64,000 nt of DNA, taken from Alphaproteobacteria bacterium. Lineage in GTDB: Bacteria; Pseudomonadota; Alphaproteobacteria; RF32; CAG-239. The DNA lies in the NCBI GenBank assembly GCA_015062535.1, contig SUUK01000002.1, forward strand, positions 31,946-95,945, given 5' to 3'. A program made the position numbers and the translations under genes. The notes under the pieces were generated by a model. That model worked only from the letters and a program-made list of their open reading frames with translations, was not told where the DNA came from and ran no database searches. This document shows positions 9,192-18,096 of this stretch, piece by piece. Position 1 is the first letter of the stretch, and each line of letters opens with the position of its first letter.

Positions 9192-9860
9192 CTATTGATT
9201 AAATTCTTTTAATGCTAATCTGATTAATGTTGCTAAATCTTTATCAGGATTTTTTAAGCAAATTTCTGATGCTACTCTATACGCATCTATTTTTTGGTAG
9301 CCAAGATTTGATAGAGCAGATGTAACATCTTCGGTTTTTTTGTAAGTTTCATCTGTTTCGTCTGGTGTTTCTTGTTTTTGGGAATATGTGGTTGGAGTTT
9401 GTTTTTGGTCTTCATTTATAACAGTGTTTAAATCTTTAGTAGCAAGATATTCTGTTGGAATTGTAACTATTTTATCTTTTAGTTCTGTGATTAATCGTGC
9501 GGCAAGTTTAGGTCCTACGCCGTTTGCTCTTAAGAAAAGAGTTTTATCTTGTGCAGATACGGCTTGTGATAATTCTGCTGGTGATAAAACAGATAAAATA
9601 CTTAAACAAACTTTTCCGCCGACACCTTGTATTTTGGTTAAAGTGTTAAACCATTCTTTTTCCCATGGGGATTGGAAGCCAAATAGAGTAATGCTATCTT
9701 CTTTGATAACAGTTTCTATAAGAAGTGAAGCATATTCTCCATGTTGTAGTTTTGATAAAGAGCGTGAAGACATATTTACTAAATAACCAACACCATTGAC
9801 ATCTATAATGCAACAGTCTTCACCAATATTTTCTATAATTCCTTTGAGTTTTGCTATCAT
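9192..9860 (-). CDS. ruvA: Holliday junction DNA-binding protein RuvA
   Basis: N-terminal OB (MIAKLKGII), two HhH motifs ([24 protein letters not shown]), C-terminal domain III. Directly upstream of ruvB. Confidence 0.93.
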   Translation of the reverse strand: MIAKLKGIIENIGEDCCIIDVNGVGYLVNMSSRSLSKLQHGEYASLLIETVIKEDSITLFGFQSPWEKEWFNTLTKIQGVGGKVCLSILSVLSPAELSQAVSAQDKTLFLRANGVGPKLAARLITELKDKIVTIPTEYLATKDLNTVINEDQKQTPTTYSQKQETPDETDETYKKTEDVTSALSNLGYQKIDAYRVASEICLKNPDKDLATLIRLALKEFNQ

Positions 9861-9998
9861 ATGTTTCCCTTTTGTTTTTTTTGTATCTTAAAAGGTTTTA
9901 TGATTGGATTCAAGAGCTTTTTTTGTATACCCCCTTTTTTCGTGTTTTTTTAAGCATATATCAAAAAGGATGTTTAATTAACTTAAAGGATTAGTGAT

Positions 9999-11144
9999 AT
10001 GAAGTTTTATAATATTCTTTTGTTTGGACTAATTGGTGTTTTTGGGTGTGGTAGTGCAAATGCTAGTAGTATAGAAAGTGATTATCAAAACTTTAAAAAC
10101 ATGGTTAATAAAAAGTATGGGTTGGATTATAGTATTGATTTATCTATTTTAGAGCAAAGGACCAGTCCAAATGGAAAAAATAACGCTGTTCAAGGATATT
10201 TGTATCCTAGTTTTACATGGACCATGCCTAGCAATAAATATGGTACAGGTGAGCTTAATTTTGCATATACAGTGATTAGATATGGTAATCATAATGCGAG
10301 TGATTTAGCAAATAATTCTGGGTTTGTTACACCAATAAATGATTATGATGATAAAACAAATGAGTTTAATGAATTATATTATACTTTTCAATTTGGTGGA
10401 AAATGGAATTGGCTGACTGTTGGTGTTGGTCAGTTTCCAATATATAATTTTGACGGCACAGATTATGATGCTAATCAGCAAGTTAATTTTTTGAATGAAG
10501 CTTTGGCACAAAATGCATCTGCATCATATACGCAAGCGGGAATTGGTATGTATATGCAGTTTAATCCAAATGATGATTGGACACTTGCGTTTGGTGGGCA
10601 AGATGGAACAAATATTGATGCGCAAAGTGTGAGGTTTAATAATTTAGGAGAGGAACATTATACTACATTTGGATATGTGGGGTATACTCCTACAATTAAA
10701 GGTGTTGGTGATGCTGAAATATCTATTCTTGTGTATAATCAACCTTGGGTTAAAGAGCAGATGCAAACAACAAATGGTTGGTCTTTGAATTTATCGCAAG
10801 ATATTGGTGAAAAATTAAGCTTGTTTGCAAGAATTAATGAAACAAGTGGTGATATGGAAGAAATTCGTCAATCTTGGGTGTTTGGTGGAGTGTATAATAA
10901 TCCTTTTGGGCGTAATGAATTAGACCAGATTGGGCTTGCGTATGCATATAATAAACTAGATGAAAAAGCGGTTGGCGAAAAGCTTAATCATAAAGCTGAA
11001 CAAGTGGTAGAAGCTTATTGGTCTTTTGGGATTGGGGATATGTTAACGATAACTCCTGATGTGCAGTTATATATTAATCCAGCACTTAATCAAAAATCTG
11101 ATTATGGCTTTGCAACAAGCTTGAGGGCTACGGTGTTTTTTTAA
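9999..11144 (+). CDS. Outer-membrane porin, OprB-like (carbohydrate-porin family, tentative)
   Basis: Signal peptide (...GCGSANA/SS). 381 aa. Alternating strand pattern and terminal Phe (RATVFF). Segments NGWSLNLSQD..LSLFARI..DQIGLAYAY resemble OprB-type porins by eye. Confidence 0.6.
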   Translation: MKFYNILLFGLIGVFGCGSANASSIESDYQNFKNMVNKKYGLDYSIDLSILEQRTSPNGKNNAVQGYLYPSFTWTMPSNKYGTGELNFAYTVIRYGNHNASDLANNSGFVTPINDYDDKTNEFNELYYTFQFGGKWNWLTVGVGQFPIYNFDGTDYDANQQVNFLNEALAQNASASYTQAGIGMYMQFNPNDDWTLAFGGQDGTNIDAQSVRFNNLGEEHYTTFGYVGYTPTIKGVGDAEISILVYNQPWVKEQMQTTNGWSLNLSQDIGEKLSLFARINETSGDMEEIRQSWVFGGVYNNPFGRNELDQIGLAYAYNKLDEKAVGEKLNHKAEQVVEAYWSFGIGDMLTITPDVQLYINPALNQKSDYGFATSLRATVFF

Positions 11145-11176
11145 ATACATTGTTTAAATACATAGTTTAAATACAG
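11138..11176 (+). repeat. 3 x 13-bp tandem repeat (TTTAAATACA core) just after the porin stop
   Basis: tttttaaatacat / tgtttaaatacat / agtttaaatacag, read directly. The first unit contains the porin TAA stop. Confidence 0.7.
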
Positions 11177-11306
11177 TGTATAAAAATAATCATTCAAAAA
11201 AAAGAAAAAACGTTGTGCATTAGTTTGATTTTATTGATGTTTGTTCTGTAAATAAAGATTATTGTTTAGAGAAATGTTAATATATCAAAAATGAAGGTTT
11301 TTAATA

Positions 11307-11840
11307 ATGCATAAGTTCTATCTAGTGTTGCTCGCATTGCTTGTTTCTGGATGCCAAGCAAAGCAAGTGATTGTTCCAGCTGTTGTTCATAACGTTAATA
11401 CAACAAAACAAGAAATTGTTGTTGAAAAGGCTCATTTGCCAATTATTGGTGAAGTTGAGCCTATTTATTTTTTACCAATGAAATCTCCTTTTTTAGCTAG
11501 AATTGATACTGGCGCTACAACATCTTCTTTGGATTGTAGAGATGTAGAGTATTTTGAACGAGATGGCGAAAGATGGGTTACTTTTAAGCTTAAAAATAGA
11601 AAAACTGGTGAAGAACATGTTTTTGAGAAAAAAGTAGAACGTTCTTTTAAGGTTAGAAGATCCGGAGAAGATGAACGTAGAAAAGCGGTGAAAATGGATG
11701 TGAAGATGGGAAAAGAAGTTTTTAGCGCTGTATTTTCTATTGCAGATAGAGAGCAATTTGACTATCAAGGTTTGATTGGTCGTAATATTTTAACTGGTAG
11801 ATATATTGTTGATACATCTACTTCTTATACTTTGAATTAA
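11307..11840 (+). CDS. RimK-associated retropepsin-like aspartic protease (family annotated 'ATP-dependent zinc protease', RimB-like), lipoprotein
   Basis: Lipobox LLVSGC. Motif ARIDTGATTSSL, ...FERDGERWVTF..., C-terminal LIGRNILTGRYIVD. 177 aa. Confidence 0.8.
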   Translation: MHKFYLVLLALLVSGCQAKQVIVPAVVHNVNTTKQEIVVEKAHLPIIGEVEPIYFLPMKSPFLARIDTGATTSSLDCRDVEYFERDGERWVTFKLKNRKTGEEHVFEKKVERSFKVRRSGEDERRKAVKMDVKMGKEVFSAVFSIADREQFDYQGLIGRNILTGRYIVDTSTSYTLN

Positions 11841-11856
11841 TTTTGGACATAAAATA

Positions 11857-13401
11857 ATGAGACTATTTTTTAAGAAATTTTTTAGCGTTAGATGTGTTTT
11901 GAGCTATTTGCTTGTTTTGTCTTTGTGGTATGCTGGGATGTGTTGTTATTACAAGATAAAATATTGGGGGTTTAGTTTATCACCTAAAGAAGTTACAGAT
12001 ATTTGGACTATTGATGCTAAAGTTTCTTTTAAGGCAATAGGTGGTGATGTTGAAGCAGTGCTTGGTATTCCAACAAACAATGATAGTTTTGAGATTTTAA
12101 GTGAAGAAATTGTTGCGAATGGTTATGAAATTAATCAAGATAAAGAGAATAATGTAATTGTTTTTAAAGGCGCAAATAAGAACGGAAAACAAAATCTTTA
12201 TTATCGTTTAAATATTTATGATGATTATAAAAAAGAAGCTAAAGGTGCATTAGCACCCAAGAAAGTAGCAAGACCAATATTGGATGATGAAGAAAAAATC
12301 CAAATGAAGAAAATTTGGGAGCTTACAGAATTACAAAAAGGTGATAGAGTTCAAAAAGTTATTAAAACTATAAATCAGGAAATGGCTAATCCCACTATGA
12401 GTTTGGTTTTGCCATTGAATTATACTCCTAAAGAATTTGCTGAAAAGATTGTTCATATATTGTCTTATAAGAGAATTCCTGCTCGTTTGGTTAGAGCTAT
12501 TAAGCTTGAAGAAGGTAAAAAAACGGATAAGCCAGATATTATGCTTGAGGCTTATTTTGATAATAAATGGACTTTGTATGATTTGAATACTGCAAGCGTA
12601 GGTTTGCCTGAAAATTGGGTCGTATTCCAACGTGGAGGGGTTGCTTTGCTTGATGTTCATGGTGGTGAAAATTCTAAAGTTATGTTTTCGGTGTTAAAAT
12701 CTGTTGCAACACCTTTGAAAATGGCTGAATTTAGAGCAAAAGATAGTGCTTTGCTTGTTCCTTATAAGTATAGTGTTTATAGTCTTCCTATTTTGGAACA
12801 AAATACATTAAAATGGTTGATGATATTCCCTCTTGCGATTTTGATGGTTGTAATTATGCGCAACGTGATTGGTGTTTCTACCATGGGAACATTTACACCA
12901 ATGCTTGTTGCTATGTCTTTGGTTAAGACTGGTTTTGTTCCTGGGCTTGTTTGCTTTTCTATAATGATATTTTTAGGCCTTTTAATGAGAACATTGGTTG
13001 CTAGACTTAATTTGTTGCTTGTTCCAAGAATTTCATTTGTGGTGATTTTTGTTATTATGCTGATACAAATATTAACAGTTATTGGTTATAGGTTAGATTA
13101 TGAAATTATTAGTTCTGCAATATTTTTCCCTATAATTATTACAGCATGGATTATTGAAAGAGCTTCTATTACATGGGAAGAAGAAGGGGCTAAAAATACC
13201 TTAAAAGAGATTTTTAACACAATGATTACAGCAATGATGACTTATGTTGTAATTAGTAGCGAATATGTTCGTCATGTGATGTTTGCTTTTAATGAGTTTA
13301 ACTTAGTTATCATGTTTATTGTGATGTTGCTTGGTACTTATACTGGTTATCGATTAACTGAGTTAATGCGTTTTGCACCACTTGTTAAAAATAAGGATTA
13401 A
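11857..13401 (+). CDS. Inactive-transglutaminase-like domain fused to a 7-TM module (UUP1-type membrane protein)
   Basis: N-terminal TM, ~300-aa soluble domain, then about 7 TM helices starting at LKWLMIFPLAILMVVIMRNVIGVSTMGTFTPMLVAMSL. This is the architecture that typically accompanies RimK-like ligases. Confidence 0.7.
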   Translation: MRLFFKKFFSVRCVLSYLLVLSLWYAGMCCYYKIKYWGFSLSPKEVTDIWTIDAKVSFKAIGGDVEAVLGIPTNNDSFEILSEEIVANGYEINQDKENNVIVFKGANKNGKQNLYYRLNIYDDYKKEAKGALAPKKVARPILDDEEKIQMKKIWELTELQKGDRVQKVIKTINQEMANPTMSLVLPLNYTPKEFAEKIVHILSYKRIPARLVRAIKLEEGKKTDKPDIMLEAYFDNKWTLYDLNTASVGLPENWVVFQRGGVALLDVHGGENSKVMFSVLKSVATPLKMAEFRAKDSALLVPYKYSVYSLPILEQNTLKWLMIFPLAILMVVIMRNVIGVSTMGTFTPMLVAMSLVKTGFVPGLVCFSIMIFLGLLMRTLVARLNLLLVPRISFVVIFVIMLIQILTVIGYRLDYEIISSAIFFPIIITAWIIERASITWEEEGAKNTLKEIFNTMITAMMTYVVISSEYVRHVMFAFNEFNLVIMFIVMLLGTYTGYRLTELMRFAPLVKNKD

Positions 13402-13405
13402 TTTG

Positions 13406-14350
13406 ATGCTTAATTGGTTTAAAATTGCAAAAAAATTAAAAGCACAAGGTGTTTTGGGTATGAATGAAAGAAATTACAATGTGATTTCTAAGCAAAATAA
13501 ACGTTCATTATATACTCTGGTTGATGATAAAGTAAAAACCAAAAAGTTGGCTAATAGTATTAATATTAATACTCCTAAGATGATTGGTATTATTGAACAC
13601 CAGTATGAAGTAAAAAATCTTTTGGATATTGTTAAAGGGCATAAGACATTTGTGATTAAGCCGGCGCATGGTAGTGGTGGTAAAGGTGTTTTGGTTATAA
13701 AAGAATATAATGAAAATGAATTTATCAATGCTTCGGGCGAAGTGCTTTCGTTTGATGATGTTTATCAGCATATTTCTAATACATTAAGCGGTCTTTTTAG
13801 TCTTGGTGGTAAATATGATGTAGCTTTGATTGAAGAAACTGTGAATTTTAGTAAGGTTTTTAAAGATTTTAGCTACCATGGTGTGCCAGATGTTAGGGTG
13901 ATTGTGTATAAAGGATACCCTGCTATGGTGATGATGAGATTAGCAACCAAAGAATCGGGTGGTAGAGCAAATCTACACCAAGGTGCTGTTGGTGTGGGGC
14001 TTGATGTAAAAACTGGTAAAACACTTAATGCTGTTATGCATAATAAGCAAGTAACTCATCATCCTGATACAGGGGCAAATCTTATGGATTTGAAAGTTCC
14101 TTTTTGGAGAGAGCATTTGCTTATTGGTGCTATGGCTTATGATATGACGGGGCTTGGTTATTTGGGAGCGGATATTGTGCTTGATAAGGAAAGAGGCCCT
14201 ATGATGCTTGAAGTTAATGCAAGACCTGGTCTTGCTATTCAGATAGCAAATGGAGTGGGTTTGAGAGATAGGTTGAAAGAAATTGATTCTTATCCTCAAA
14301 ACTTGAGTGCAGAACAACGTATTGATTGGGTATTGAATTATGAAAAATAA
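13406..14350 (+). CDS. Alpha-L-glutamate-ligase-related ATP-grasp protein (RimK-like)
   Basis: VLGMNERNYNVISKQNKRSLYTLVDDKVKTKKLA, FVIKPAHGSGGKGV, MLEVNARPG. Start moved from 13373 to ATG 13406 (MLNWFKIAKKLK). Confidence 0.8.
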   Translation: MLNWFKIAKKLKAQGVLGMNERNYNVISKQNKRSLYTLVDDKVKTKKLANSININTPKMIGIIEHQYEVKNLLDIVKGHKTFVIKPAHGSGGKGVLVIKEYNENEFINASGEVLSFDDVYQHISNTLSGLFSLGGKYDVALIEETVNFSKVFKDFSYHGVPDVRVIVYKGYPAMVMMRLATKESGGRANLHQGAVGVGLDVKTGKTLNAVMHNKQVTHHPDTGANLMDLKVPFWREHLLIGAMAYDMTGLGYLGADIVLDKERGPMMLEVNARPGLAIQIANGVGLRDRLKEIDSYPQNLSAEQRIDWVLNYEK

Positions 14351-15011
14351 ATTCCTAAATATAGTTTTAGTTTTAACTGTTATTTTAATTGTAAAGGGTT
14401 TTATGATGGGAAATGTGTTAGCTAAAAGTGATACAAAGATTTTGGATAAAAGCGATACAAAAAGTATTGGTGTTGAAGAAACAAAAAAACTTGAAGTGAG
14501 TGAAACGAGAGGTAAGAAAATGAAACATTCTTATAATGTAAAAGATCAAGAAAATGCATTGGTTTTGAAATTAAAAGATGGTGAAGTGGTGATTGAGATG
14601 TTTCCAGAGGAAGCTCCAAACCATGTTGCTAGAATTAAAGAACTAGTTAGAGAAGGTTTTTATAATGGTTTGAAATTCCATAGAGTTATTGATGGGTTTA
14701 TGGCGCAAACAGGTTGTCCTTTGGGTAATGGTACTGGTGGTAGCGGTAAGAAGCTAAAGGCTGAATTTAATAGAGTTCCTCATACACGTGGTACGGTTTC
14801 TATGGCCAGAGCAATGGACCCTAACTCTGCAGATAGTCAATTCTTTATTTGTTTTGATGATGCTCCACACCTAGATGGTCAATATACTGTTTGGGGTAAA
14901 GTTGTTAGCGGTATGGAATATGTTGACAATATCAAAAAAGGCGGTGGTTATAATGGTATGGTTTATGACCCAGATGTGATTGTTAGCATGGAAGTTATTG
15001 CCGATATGTAA
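14340..15011 (+). CDS. Cyclophilin-type peptidyl-prolyl cis-trans isomerase with N-terminal signal/anchor extension
   Basis: FHRVIDGFMAQTG, GTVSMAR, SQFFICF motifs. The first 60 aa are a hydrophobic signal (MKNKFLNIVLVLTVILIVKGFMMGNVLA) plus a KSDTK repeat. An alternative start at ATG 14520 (GAGG RBS) would give a 164-aa cytoplasmic form. ATG 14340 overlaps the ligase stop by 11 nt. Confidence 0.9.
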   Translation: MKNKFLNIVLVLTVILIVKGFMMGNVLAKSDTKILDKSDTKSIGVEETKKLEVSETRGKKMKHSYNVKDQENALVLKLKDGEVVIEMFPEEAPNHVARIKELVREGFYNGLKFHRVIDGFMAQTGCPLGNGTGGSGKKLKAEFNRVPHTRGTVSMARAMDPNSADSQFFICFDDAPHLDGQYTVWGKVVSGMEYVDNIKKGGGYNGMVYDPDVIVSMEVIADM

Positions 15012-15032
15012 TAGGGATTTGATTTAAGAAGA

Positions 15033-15058
15033 AAGAGGGGGCGAGAAGCCTCCTTTTT
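15033..15058. terminator. Probable intrinsic terminator between the PPIase and the convergent XRE gene
   Basis: AAGAGGGGGC-GAGAA-GCCTCCTTT hairpin (with G-U pairs) followed by a T-run. Overlaps the XRE stop codon. Confidence 0.5.
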
Positions 15059-15275
15059 ATGATTGGTTTGTATTAAAAAAATCTTTTATATCAATGTGCA
15101 GAGCATCTGCAATTGCATATAATATATTTACAGAGATATTTGCTTTGCCGTTTTCTATCTCTGATAAATATGCTCTATCTATTCCAACCTCAACAGCAAG
15201 CTCTATTTGTGTTAAATTTTGTTTTTTGCGTTGGTTTTGAATATTTTTGCCTATGGTTAAGAGTCTGTTTTGCAA
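15057..15275 (-). CDS. XRE/Cro-C1 family helix-turn-helix transcriptional regulator
   Basis: 72 aa. HTH_3 pattern QRKKQNLTQIELAVEVGIDRAYLSEIENGK. Confidence 0.85.
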   Translation of the reverse strand: MQNRLLTIGKNIQNQRKKQNLTQIELAVEVGIDRAYLSEIENGKANISVNILYAIADALHIDIKDFFNTNQS

Positions 15276-15331
15276 TATATACCCTTATTAAAATTTGTTT
15301 GAGGGTATTATAATTTATTTATGAAAATATG

Positions 15332-15349
15332 TGTTGACTATAGTCAACA
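15332..15349. promoter_or_regulatory. Perfect 18-bp palindrome (candidate XRE operator) overlapping the -35 of the divergent promoter
   Basis: TGTTGACTA|TAGTCAACA is a perfect inverted repeat. It contains TTGACT (15334-15339). 17 nt later comes TATTGT (15357-15362), about 34 nt before ATG 15396. Confidence 0.6.
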
Positions 15350-15395
15350 TTTATAGTATTGTAGTAATATAGTTTTATTTTATGGGAGATGAGAG

Positions 15396-16412
15396 ATGAG
15401 CGCTTTTGATGATTTGATTGCTAAATTGACAGAGAAAAATTTAAGCACGGATAAAGTTGATGCAATACTTGAAGCTGGTGAAAATTTAGCTAATGCATTA
15501 GGTGGTGGTGCTGAGATTATGGAACAGTTAAATGCATTAAGAACTGCGGGAATTCAAAAAAAAGGTAATAAAGATATAAAAGATATTGATAATCCAAAAG
15601 ATTTAAATGCTATGTTTGATGACTATATAGCTAAAGTAAAAAAAGACGCTAGCGTTGTTAATCACTCAAGAGAAGCTGAAATGGCATATAAAATGTATTC
15701 GTTAGTATCAACCGGTAAAATGAGTAAAGAACAAGCGTTAGAATTTTCCGAAAAGCTAAAAGAAACAGATTGCATGAAATACGGAAGTTTAAGTGACAAA
15801 AGTTTGTTTAGAGATTCTGTTGTTGCTACATATGAATATTGTGGGTACAAATCGGAACAACAGAAAAAAATGGATGAATATACTAAGAAAATGGACGCTG
15901 AACTTCAAGGTAAGGAATATGTTCCTGAAAAAGAAAAAGATTTATATGAACGCAAAACAAATAGTAATGATTATGCTGATATGTTTAAAAAAGATAGTAA
16001 AAGTTATGAAGCTGGGAGAGGTGTTTTTGATAGATATAAAGAAGTATTCAGGAATGTTTGGAATTCTCCAGAAGTAAGAAAAAATAGAAAAGAGTTAAAA
16101 GATAGTTTTAATAGTCTTGGTGTTTTGGATGCTTTAAAAAATGGTGTTTCTAAAAATCCTAAACTTACTATGGCTGCTGGAGCTTTATCTGTTTTTGCAG
16201 GAATTGGAACTGCTAATCCTGCATTGGCAGCGGCAGGGGCTTCGATATTAACAGTTGCAGCTGTAAAATTATATAATGAAAAAATAAAGGGTAAAGTAAG
16301 TAGAAAAATAGAAGGAAAAGATACAAAAGAAACTAAAAAAATGTTAAGCGGTAAAGCTGGCACTAAAGGTGTTGTGATGATTAACTCTATTTCAGGAGGA
16401 AGAAATGGGTAA
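15396..16412 (+). CDS. Hypothetical protein with C-terminal Gly/Ala-rich double hydrophobic hairpin
   Basis: 338 aa. GGAG RBS. Lys/Glu-rich helical N-region. C-terminal LTMAAGALSVFAGIGTANPALAAAGASILTVAAV followed by a basic tail. No family recognised. Confidence 0.6.
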   Translation: MSAFDDLIAKLTEKNLSTDKVDAILEAGENLANALGGGAEIMEQLNALRTAGIQKKGNKDIKDIDNPKDLNAMFDDYIAKVKKDASVVNHSREAEMAYKMYSLVSTGKMSKEQALEFSEKLKETDCMKYGSLSDKSLFRDSVVATYEYCGYKSEQQKKMDEYTKKMDAELQGKEYVPEKEKDLYERKTNSNDYADMFKKDSKSYEAGRGVFDRYKEVFRNVWNSPEVRKNRKELKDSFNSLGVLDALKNGVSKNPKLTMAAGALSVFAGIGTANPALAAAGASILTVAAVKLYNEKIKGKVSRKIEGKDTKETKKMLSGKAGTKGVVMINSISGGRNG

Positions 16413-16758
16413 TATAGATAAAGGTGTGTTTTTTGTAAAAAACGATAAAGTTGCTTTAGAATTATATGATTTAAATAAGAAATTTGTTAAATTTATATAT
16501 GATGGTAAAAATACAGCTATATTAACTGATGAAAATAATGAAGAATATATTTTAGAGAATATTGTATTTGAAATTAGGTCTTTACTTAAAAATGGCGAAG
16601 ATTTGATGATGCTGAAAAATGAAAACAATGTGGTTGAAGAAATATATTTTTTAAAAGTTAAAATAGATGATACATTGGCTTATGAAGATGATTTTAATGA
16701 AAAGAGCGTAAAACTCTTTGATGAGATAAAAGATTTTGTTGATAAGAGTGCTGTGTAA
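16405..16758 (+). CDS. Small acidic hypothetical protein, translationally coupled to ORF 15396-16412
   Basis: 117 aa. No TM or signal peptide. The ATG overlaps the upstream ORF by 8 nt. No family recognised. Confidence 0.55.
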   Translation: MGNIDKGVFFVKNDKVALELYDLNKKFVKFIYDGKNTAILTDENNEEYILENIVFEIRSLLKNGEDLMMLKNENNVVEEIYFLKVKIDDTLAYEDDFNEKSVKLFDEIKDFVDKSAV

Positions 16759-16774
16759 GTAATCAAAGGCTATT

Positions 16775-17263
16775 TTATGCAATTTTAGAATTAAAAGAGT
16801 TTCTTAAGTTTGCGTGGGTGATGGCGATTGCAAGCGCATCGGATGAGTCGTTATTTTTTGGTTTGCACCCAGGGAGAAGGATTTTTACCATTGTTTCTAC
16901 TTGGGTTTTGTCTGCACGTCCCACCCCTGTTAGAGCCTTTTTTACCTTATTTGGTTCGTATTCATAAAGTGGGATGTTGTATAATGATGGCATTAAAAAA
17001 ACTACACCTCTTGCCATGCTTAGTTTTAATGAGGTTTCAGGGTTGGAGTTTAAGAAAGTTATTTCTATTGATGCTTCATCAGGTTTATATTGTTCAATAA
17101 TTTTTTGTAGTTCATTATGGATAATGTGTAGGCGCTCTGATAGAGGTAGTTTGTTAGAGGTAGGAATAAAGCCGTCTGCCTTATAAGACAAACGGCTCCC
17201 TTCAACATCTATTATGCCCCAACCTGTTGATGATATACTTGGGTCTAGGCCTAATATTCGCAT
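16775..17263 (-). CDS. ruvC: Crossover junction endodeoxyribonuclease RuvC
   Basis: MRILGLDPS (catalytic Asp), EASIE, SSDALAIAITHA. 162 aa. Confidence 0.95.
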   Translation of the reverse strand: MRILGLDPSISSTGWGIIDVEGSRLSYKADGFIPTSNKLPLSERLHIIHNELQKIIEQYKPDEASIEITFLNSNPETSLKLSMARGVVFLMPSLYNIPLYEYEPNKVKKALTGVGRADKTQVETMVKILLPGCKPKNNDSSDALAIAITHANLRNSFNSKIA

Positions 17264-18019
17264 TTATTCTGCCTCTAGTTCTGCCATTACAGAATCTGAA
17301 ATTTCTGCATTGTGATATACATGTTGTACATCTTCATCTTCTTCAAGAGCATCAATGAACTCTAAGAATTTTTTAGCAGTTTCAATGTCTGTTATTTCTG
17401 ATTTAACAGTTGGTTTCCAATCAAGACGAGAAGCTGATGGTGTACCAAATTTTTGTTCTAAAGCTTCTGTTACAGAAGATAGGTCATCAGGAAGAGTTTC
17501 GATTGTATGAATTTCATCTTCGGTGATAACTTCGTTTGCACCTGCATTTAATGCTTCTTCAAACATTGTATCTCCATCTGCAACAGATAGTGGATACTCA
17601 ATGTAGCCAATGCGCTCAAAGTTGAATGTTACAGAACCTGTTTCACCCATTGCACCACCACGTTTACCAAAAATTGAGCGAACGTTACTTGCTGTACGAT
17701 TTTTATTATCTGTTAGGGCTTCTACAATAACAGCTACTTTGCTTGATGAAAAACCTTCATAACGCATAGTTGTGAAGTCTGCACCGCCGGCTGTTTGAGT
17801 TGCTTTGGCAATTGCACGTTCTATGTTGTCTTTTGGCATGCTTTCTGCACGAGCTGCTTGGATTGCAAGTCTTAAACGAGGGTTTTTATCTGGCTCAGGT
17901 AGACCTGATTTTGCAGCAACAGTAATTTCACGAGCTAGTTTTGCAAAAACTCTAGCTTTTTTTGCATCTTGTGCACCTTTGCGGTACATAATGTTTTTAA
18001 ATTGGGAGTGTCCAGCCAT
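17264..18019 (-). CDS. yebC: YebC/PmpR family DNA-binding transcriptional regulator
   Basis: Hallmark N-terminus MAGHSQFKNIMYRKGAQDAKKA. 251 aa. Its stop abuts the ruvC start (conserved yebC-ruvC pair). Confidence 0.95.
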   Translation of the reverse strand: MAGHSQFKNIMYRKGAQDAKKARVFAKLAREITVAAKSGLPEPDKNPRLRLAIQAARAESMPKDNIERAIAKATQTAGGADFTTMRYEGFSSSKVAVIVEALTDNKNRTASNVRSIFGKRGGAMGETGSVTFNFERIGYIEYPLSVADGDTMFEEALNAGANEVITEDEIHTIETLPDDLSSVTEALEQKFGTPSASRLDWKPTVKSEITDIETAKKFLEFIDALEEDEDVQHVYHNAEISDSVMAELEAE

Positions 18020-18096
18020 TTGTATCTCCAGTTTATAAGTTAATATTTTTGTATTTATATAGAACTTGCATCAAAATAGCGCAAGTATTTTTTTTA

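Noticed and set aside
15057-16412. Classical type II toxin-antitoxin reading of XRE plus ORF338.
   Set aside because: The genes are divergent, not co-transcribed. The putative 'toxin' is 338 aa with a membrane hairpin and has its own coupled downstream partner. I therefore treat it as a regulator-controlled two-gene module of unknown type (see findings), not as a canonical TA pair.
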